From the NCBI RefSeq assembly GCF_009914755.1, contig NC_060940.1: DNA of 64,000 nt; one strand, given 5' to 3'. Below are positions 49,940 to 64,000 of this stretch, piece after piece. The stretch is from the human T2T-CHM13v2.0 reference genome, Homo sapiens. The position numbers and the translations under genes were made by a program. Every line of letters begins with the position of its first letter. The stretch's first letter is position 1. Below the pieces are notes generated by a model. The model did not search any database, was not told the DNA's origin, and saw nothing but the letters and a program-made list of their open reading frames with translations.

Positions 49940-50934
49940 CTAGAGAGCTATTTGTCCTGCCCACTGCGAAGCAAGTCACATATATATTAGCTCATCAATC
50001 CTACCAGCCTCTAAGTAAGTAGCATTATTCTCAAAAGTTGGAGGATTACAACTTTAAGTGAGTGAATTGCATGGAATTCATATACCATGCAATTCACTCA
50101 GTTACAGATGGGGAAATTGAGGTACAAAGAAATTCCATCATTTGGCCACAGTTCCACTGCCAGCAAGCAAGGCAGAGCTGGGATTCGAATCCAGGCCTCC
50201 GGAAGCACAGTCTCAGCGTTTTTGCCCTGTAGCTTTGCGGTCCTGTGTTCCCCCCACCATCCAGCTGGCCGCAGGAATCAACCATGTGTGCCCCTTGGAG
50301 AGCTATGGAGCCCCATGCTAGGAAGCCAGCAGGAATGTGGGTGGGGCAGGAACCTGCAGGGAAGGGGACAGGTCCCAGGAGTGCTGGGAAACCGGCTAGG
50401 CTGGTCCAGCTTTTCATCTCGGTAATGAGCCGCATCGGGGCAGCCAGACGTGGCACCCCTGGGCCATCAGCCCCACTGATGGAGGCCGAGACACAGCCCT
50501 GTCCTGCCCATGCAGACACAGACAGCAGCCACCTGCCTGAGCCAGGAACACAAAGATATCCCCCCTCCCCACACACACACCGGAAAAGGGAAAGGGCCTG
50601 AGTGACAGCCGAGGGTACACGCCCAGCCCTCCCTTTTCTTACTCAGAGGGTAACACGGACACACGTGCTGAGGGCAGTGGCCGCTGGCCCTCGAAGGGGC
50701 CTCAGAAGCCATCCAGCCCTACCTGCTCATTACCCAGATGAGCAAACCAAGGTCCCGGACGTGAAGTCACTACCCAGGATCACTTGGGAGGGCAGCCTGT
50801 GTAGGAGAAAGACTTCAGGTCTGGAGTCAGATAGGGTTCAGATCCTGACTGCACCAACCAGCAATGTGACCCTGTGACAGTGTGACAGAGGAGCTACACT
50901 GTATTTCTTTTTTAATCTTTTTATATTTTCTTCA

Positions 50935-54267
<3,333 letters not shown>

Positions 54268-55660
54268 TTAGAATCCTCCAGCACCTGGGAGATGAAAGCA
54301 GACCCCCGGCCGTCCACACTGTTCACGCTGATTCCCTGGTGCAAGCCCAGACGTGCTTTGCTTCTGCCCTGTGAATGTTGCCTTGCCGGGGCACGTGGAA
54401 TTCACAACTAACCTCAGAATTTGGAACCATCTCCTCCAACATCTGCGAGGAGAGGCTGGTGCCCATATATGGGTAATGAGGTGTCGGGAGGACAGGAGAT
54501 CCTGCGTTCCAGATGCCCACTCCCTGGGCCTAGCTGGGGGACAAACGCACAGCCCGCTTCAGCTGTCTTGGGTTTGGGCTAAGGATCAGAGTCAGTAGGT
54601 TTGGGGATTTGAAGGGTACAGGGTGTTCCCACTGCTCTGAGAACGTTCTTCCGTCCGCATAAGGGAAACTGCAGAAGGGGAGGGTGGGGAGGACCTGTCT
54701 ACCCGGTTATGCCAACAGATCCCTGAGACCTGTCCCTGCTTCTCCCTCCACTGGTTCTACCTGGGAACGCGTCTCCTGCGCATCCTCCTCCATCTGCCCC
54801 TCTGGCCTCACCTTGATCAAAGTCACCACTTCTTACCTGGCCCAATGCAACAGCCACCCACTCTCTTTTCTGAGAGCATTTGGGAGCACAGGTAAGTTTT
54901 AGTTTGGATGATGGGATGATCTGGTTGCATCATACAAAGACCTAAGAGTTGGGGAGATATGCTTCCCGGCCTCCTGCCCCCAGGAGAGACGTGGACCCTC
55001 CAAGGACACCATGAATGGCAACCTTCCAGCCATCAGCGACCTGGGAGGGGGCTCCCTGGGTGGGGGTGGCTTCAAGAGCCACCCTTGATGTCTTCAGCTG
55101 TACCTGTTCAAGTCACATGGCACCAACTGGCCCATTCTTTCTACCCTGCCTGCAGGGGAGGAAACTGAGGCAGCCTGGCCAGGGCAGGGAACGTAGCCTG
55201 TGTTGTGGCTCTAACCCAGGTGTGGGCTCGGGCAGATTCCTTAGTCTCTCTGTGCCTCAGTTTCCTCATCTCTGAGACAGGGATAGGAATTGATCCCACT
55301 GCAGAGGGTTGAGATAATTCAAGGAGATAACCCTTATAAATGAAAGCGCTTTGGGTGTGGCCGCACCATGATTAGGATAACTGGGTTTCATCCTCTTCCT
55401 CCGTGTCACTGGTGGGGGCCTTGCCAGGGCAGGGCTCTTTGTCTGTTGTTCACTGCCATGTCCGTAGCGCCCATCAGACTGAATGAACTATGCTGGCTTT
55501 TGGAATAACAGCATGTATTACTCCACCTGTCTCAGCCTTAATTTCCTTCAACATAAATGGGGTTATCATGCCTGCTTGTCACGGAACAAGCAGAAAGACA
55601 CTCAACAGCTGGAAAACATTCCCACAGGAGTTCAGGTATTAAGTTGCTTTGTATGCAAGG

Positions 55661-55930
55661 CCAGCACTGTTCAACAGAAACTGAACCTGAGCCACACAGA
55701 ATTTACATTTTTCTAGTAGCCACGTGAAAAGAGTAAGAAGAAATGAGCGAATTTTTTTCTATTTTATTTAACCTAATATATCCAAAATATGATCAATTTG
55801 ACAGGTGGTCAACAGAACATTATTAACGGATATTTTACATTCTCTTTTTCACACTAAGTCTTCAAACCCTGGCACACAGACATACGTGCACAGCCCATGT
55901 CACGTGGCCAGTAATTACTGAATAGGACTG
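55661..55930. mobile_element. MER3/MER33-like DNA transposon
   Basis: CAGCACTGTTCAACAGAA...TTTTCTAGTAGCCAC...TATTTTATTTAACCTAATATATCCAAAATAT. Confidence 0.7.
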
Positions 55931-58139
55931 CGAGATTCTAGGTGATTCTGGGGCACCCGGACCTGCTTTGCTCTAAGCCCGCAGTGACCACAGTCTCTCA
56001 GTTCTGCTGTAGGAAAGCTGATGGGCGCTCAGAGCATCTTCCAGTCTCACTCGGTGCCTGGTACCCAGGGACACCTAATAAATGCTCATTCTCTTTGAAC
56101 CCCGTGACTCCTCCTGCCCACACTCACTGATTAGATGTCTGCCCCAGGACAGGGTCTCCTCTGTGGGTCCCTCCCTGGCTGCCTGACTCCAAAACAACCT
56201 GGGGCTCCCCACTGTGCCCACTGGAGCCTGGTGCCTGGGTGTGGAGGACCCTGGCACGAAGACCGCAGCAAGACACCCTTCCCCAGGTCCCCAGAGCCCC
56301 TGCAACCCTGTCCATAGGCCATGGGGCTGTGCTGGAGGCACCTGGCCTGCTCACAGCCATCCCCTTCTCCAGGCTGCGAGAGCAGCCACCCCGGTAACAG
56401 ATCATACTTTAGCAACATCGGAGGGGCCACGTTCCTGCCATCACCTCCACCCCAGCTGTCCCTGTCGCCCAGAACTGCTGTGTCCCCTGCTGGCTCACAG
56501 CCCAGCCTGCACTCTCCTCCCATGTGTGGACACAGGTCTCTGCAGGCTCAGCACTCCCTGCCTGGCCAGGGCCACTGGCCTTTGATCACATCTGCAGTTC
56601 CTTCCTCTGGGGGTTAATTCTGTCTCAGTGGGTGTGTATTGGGGTTGCATTGCTGCTGGAATGTCTGGAACGCACAGGAGGGTACACCCCTCCCTGGAAC
56701 CAGCCTCACCTGTCCCAGAGCCCAGAGAAGGGGCTGGGCCTCCTGCCACCACGGTCATCCTCTTCTGGCGTCCTGCCTGCCTGGAGGGCCAGCTTGGGGG
56801 AGGTGCACCTCCGGTGCCGAGTAACCCTCTGCCCCTACCTTCTTTAAACACTGCCTGGCTCCTGAAACATCTGCCCTGGCTCTGACACAAAGGCAACCAC
56901 CGTGGACACTCAGGAAATAACTGATGAATAGTAACAACACTGAGGGCACCTACTGGGTGCCCAGCGACCGCTCAGTCCTTTTGTGCATCACCCATTGACG
57001 TCTCATAGCCCTAGGAAGTAGCCACCCTTAGTGTTACTGGGGCTCTTAATCCTACCTATTAGGCTATTAAATTTTTGGACAAAAAGAACTTACTCACCTT
57101 TTTGGGGGCCCTTCTATAACCTTAATTCCACACCTTGCGTAGGGCTGGGCTCAATAAATAGGTGTTGAACTGAGCAGATGTTTTAATGCAATTCGGTAAC
57201 TCTTATGTCTCTGTGTTCTAGGTGAAGATAACTGAGGCTCACAGAAGTTAAGAAACTGGTCCGAGTTTACACAGCTGGGAAGTGGTGGTGCCAAGATTCG
57301 AACCCATGAAGACGGGCTTCAAAAAGCCACCTTCTCAGTACAAAGGGGACATCAGTATCAATCCACACCCACCCCTTACAGACAAAGGGACAAGAGACAT
57401 CGGAGAGACAGGATGATGGGACCAGGCATTCACCACCCAGGGAAGCAGAGTGATTTACAGTTTGTTGTCATTTTCATCAGTACAATTAATCCCAGTGGTT
57501 GGTTGGGTAAGGATTAGTGATGGTAAACGGAGACTGAGTCATTCTCCTAAGATGTCCCCACAAGGGACTCCCAGCCTGTCCCTCCAAACAGACCTTTCAG
57601 GCGGAAGCAACTGCCATTGAGTGAGCACCTTCCTGGCCCACACCCTACCCTAGCACCGGAAGCAGGTTTCATCTCTGATCCTTATAACAACTAGTTGAGG
57701 TACGTGCTATCATAGCTCCATTGCAGATGAGGAAACTGAGCCTCAGGAAGACCACTTGCTCAGGGTCAATAGGTTAGTAAGAGGTCTATGCTTGTAACTG
57801 CTGCAGCCCCAACTGGGCACTTTCTAGATATTCAGTAATTGCCAAATAAATTTTCGACCCCACCCCACCAACTCTTTGTCATCTCTCTGCCCCTTACAGG
57901 CCCTGGCAACAGGCCCTTCACCATTAACAAGCCCCCAGAGATATGAATTGTCCACATGCTATAAAATACCTGCTCAATTTCACACCTATTTATGGAGCCC
58001 CAAGCTTATGTAAGGCCTGGAATTAAGGACAACAGAAGGCCCTCTCCCAAAAGATGAGTAAATCCCAACTATTCAAAAGCTTGTAAGCTAGTAGGTAGGT
58101 TAAGGAAAAACACCCCAATGGGTATAATTACAAAGATTT

Positions 58140-64000
<5,861 letters not shown>

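Overview
Human (hominid) genomic DNA, Alu-rich, which I recognise as the chr16p13.3 UBN1/PPL locus. + strand: the last 11 coding exons of UBN1 (ubinuclein-1, HIRA H3.3-chaperone complex). They run from 329 to the TGA at 11619-11621, splice to 764 codons plus stop, and are followed by a ~2.2 kb 3'UTR with AATAAA at 13824. - strand: PPL (periplakin) exons 2-22 (42449 down to the TAG at 14874), with AATAAA at 14026-14031. Every exon was delimited by hand at GT-AG sites and all phases join. PPL exons 2-22 total 5209 nt, so a 62-nt coding exon 1 beyond the right edge would complete the 1756-aa protein. The genes are tail-to-tail with poly(A) signals ~200 nt apart. The rest is intronic, with roughly 45-50 Alu copies or fragments plus old L1, MaLR/ERVL LTR and MER DNA-transposon relics. 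I found no demonstrably new gene system. The best leads are (1) a cluster of well-formed candidate alternative exons in the last UBN1 intron, including a 26-nt poly(A) micro-exon whose A-tract length would set the C-terminal reading frame; (2) the architecture of the convergent termination zone; and (3) a stop-free, in-frame PPL intron. Exon numbers and repeat family names come from memory, and repeat boundaries are approximate.
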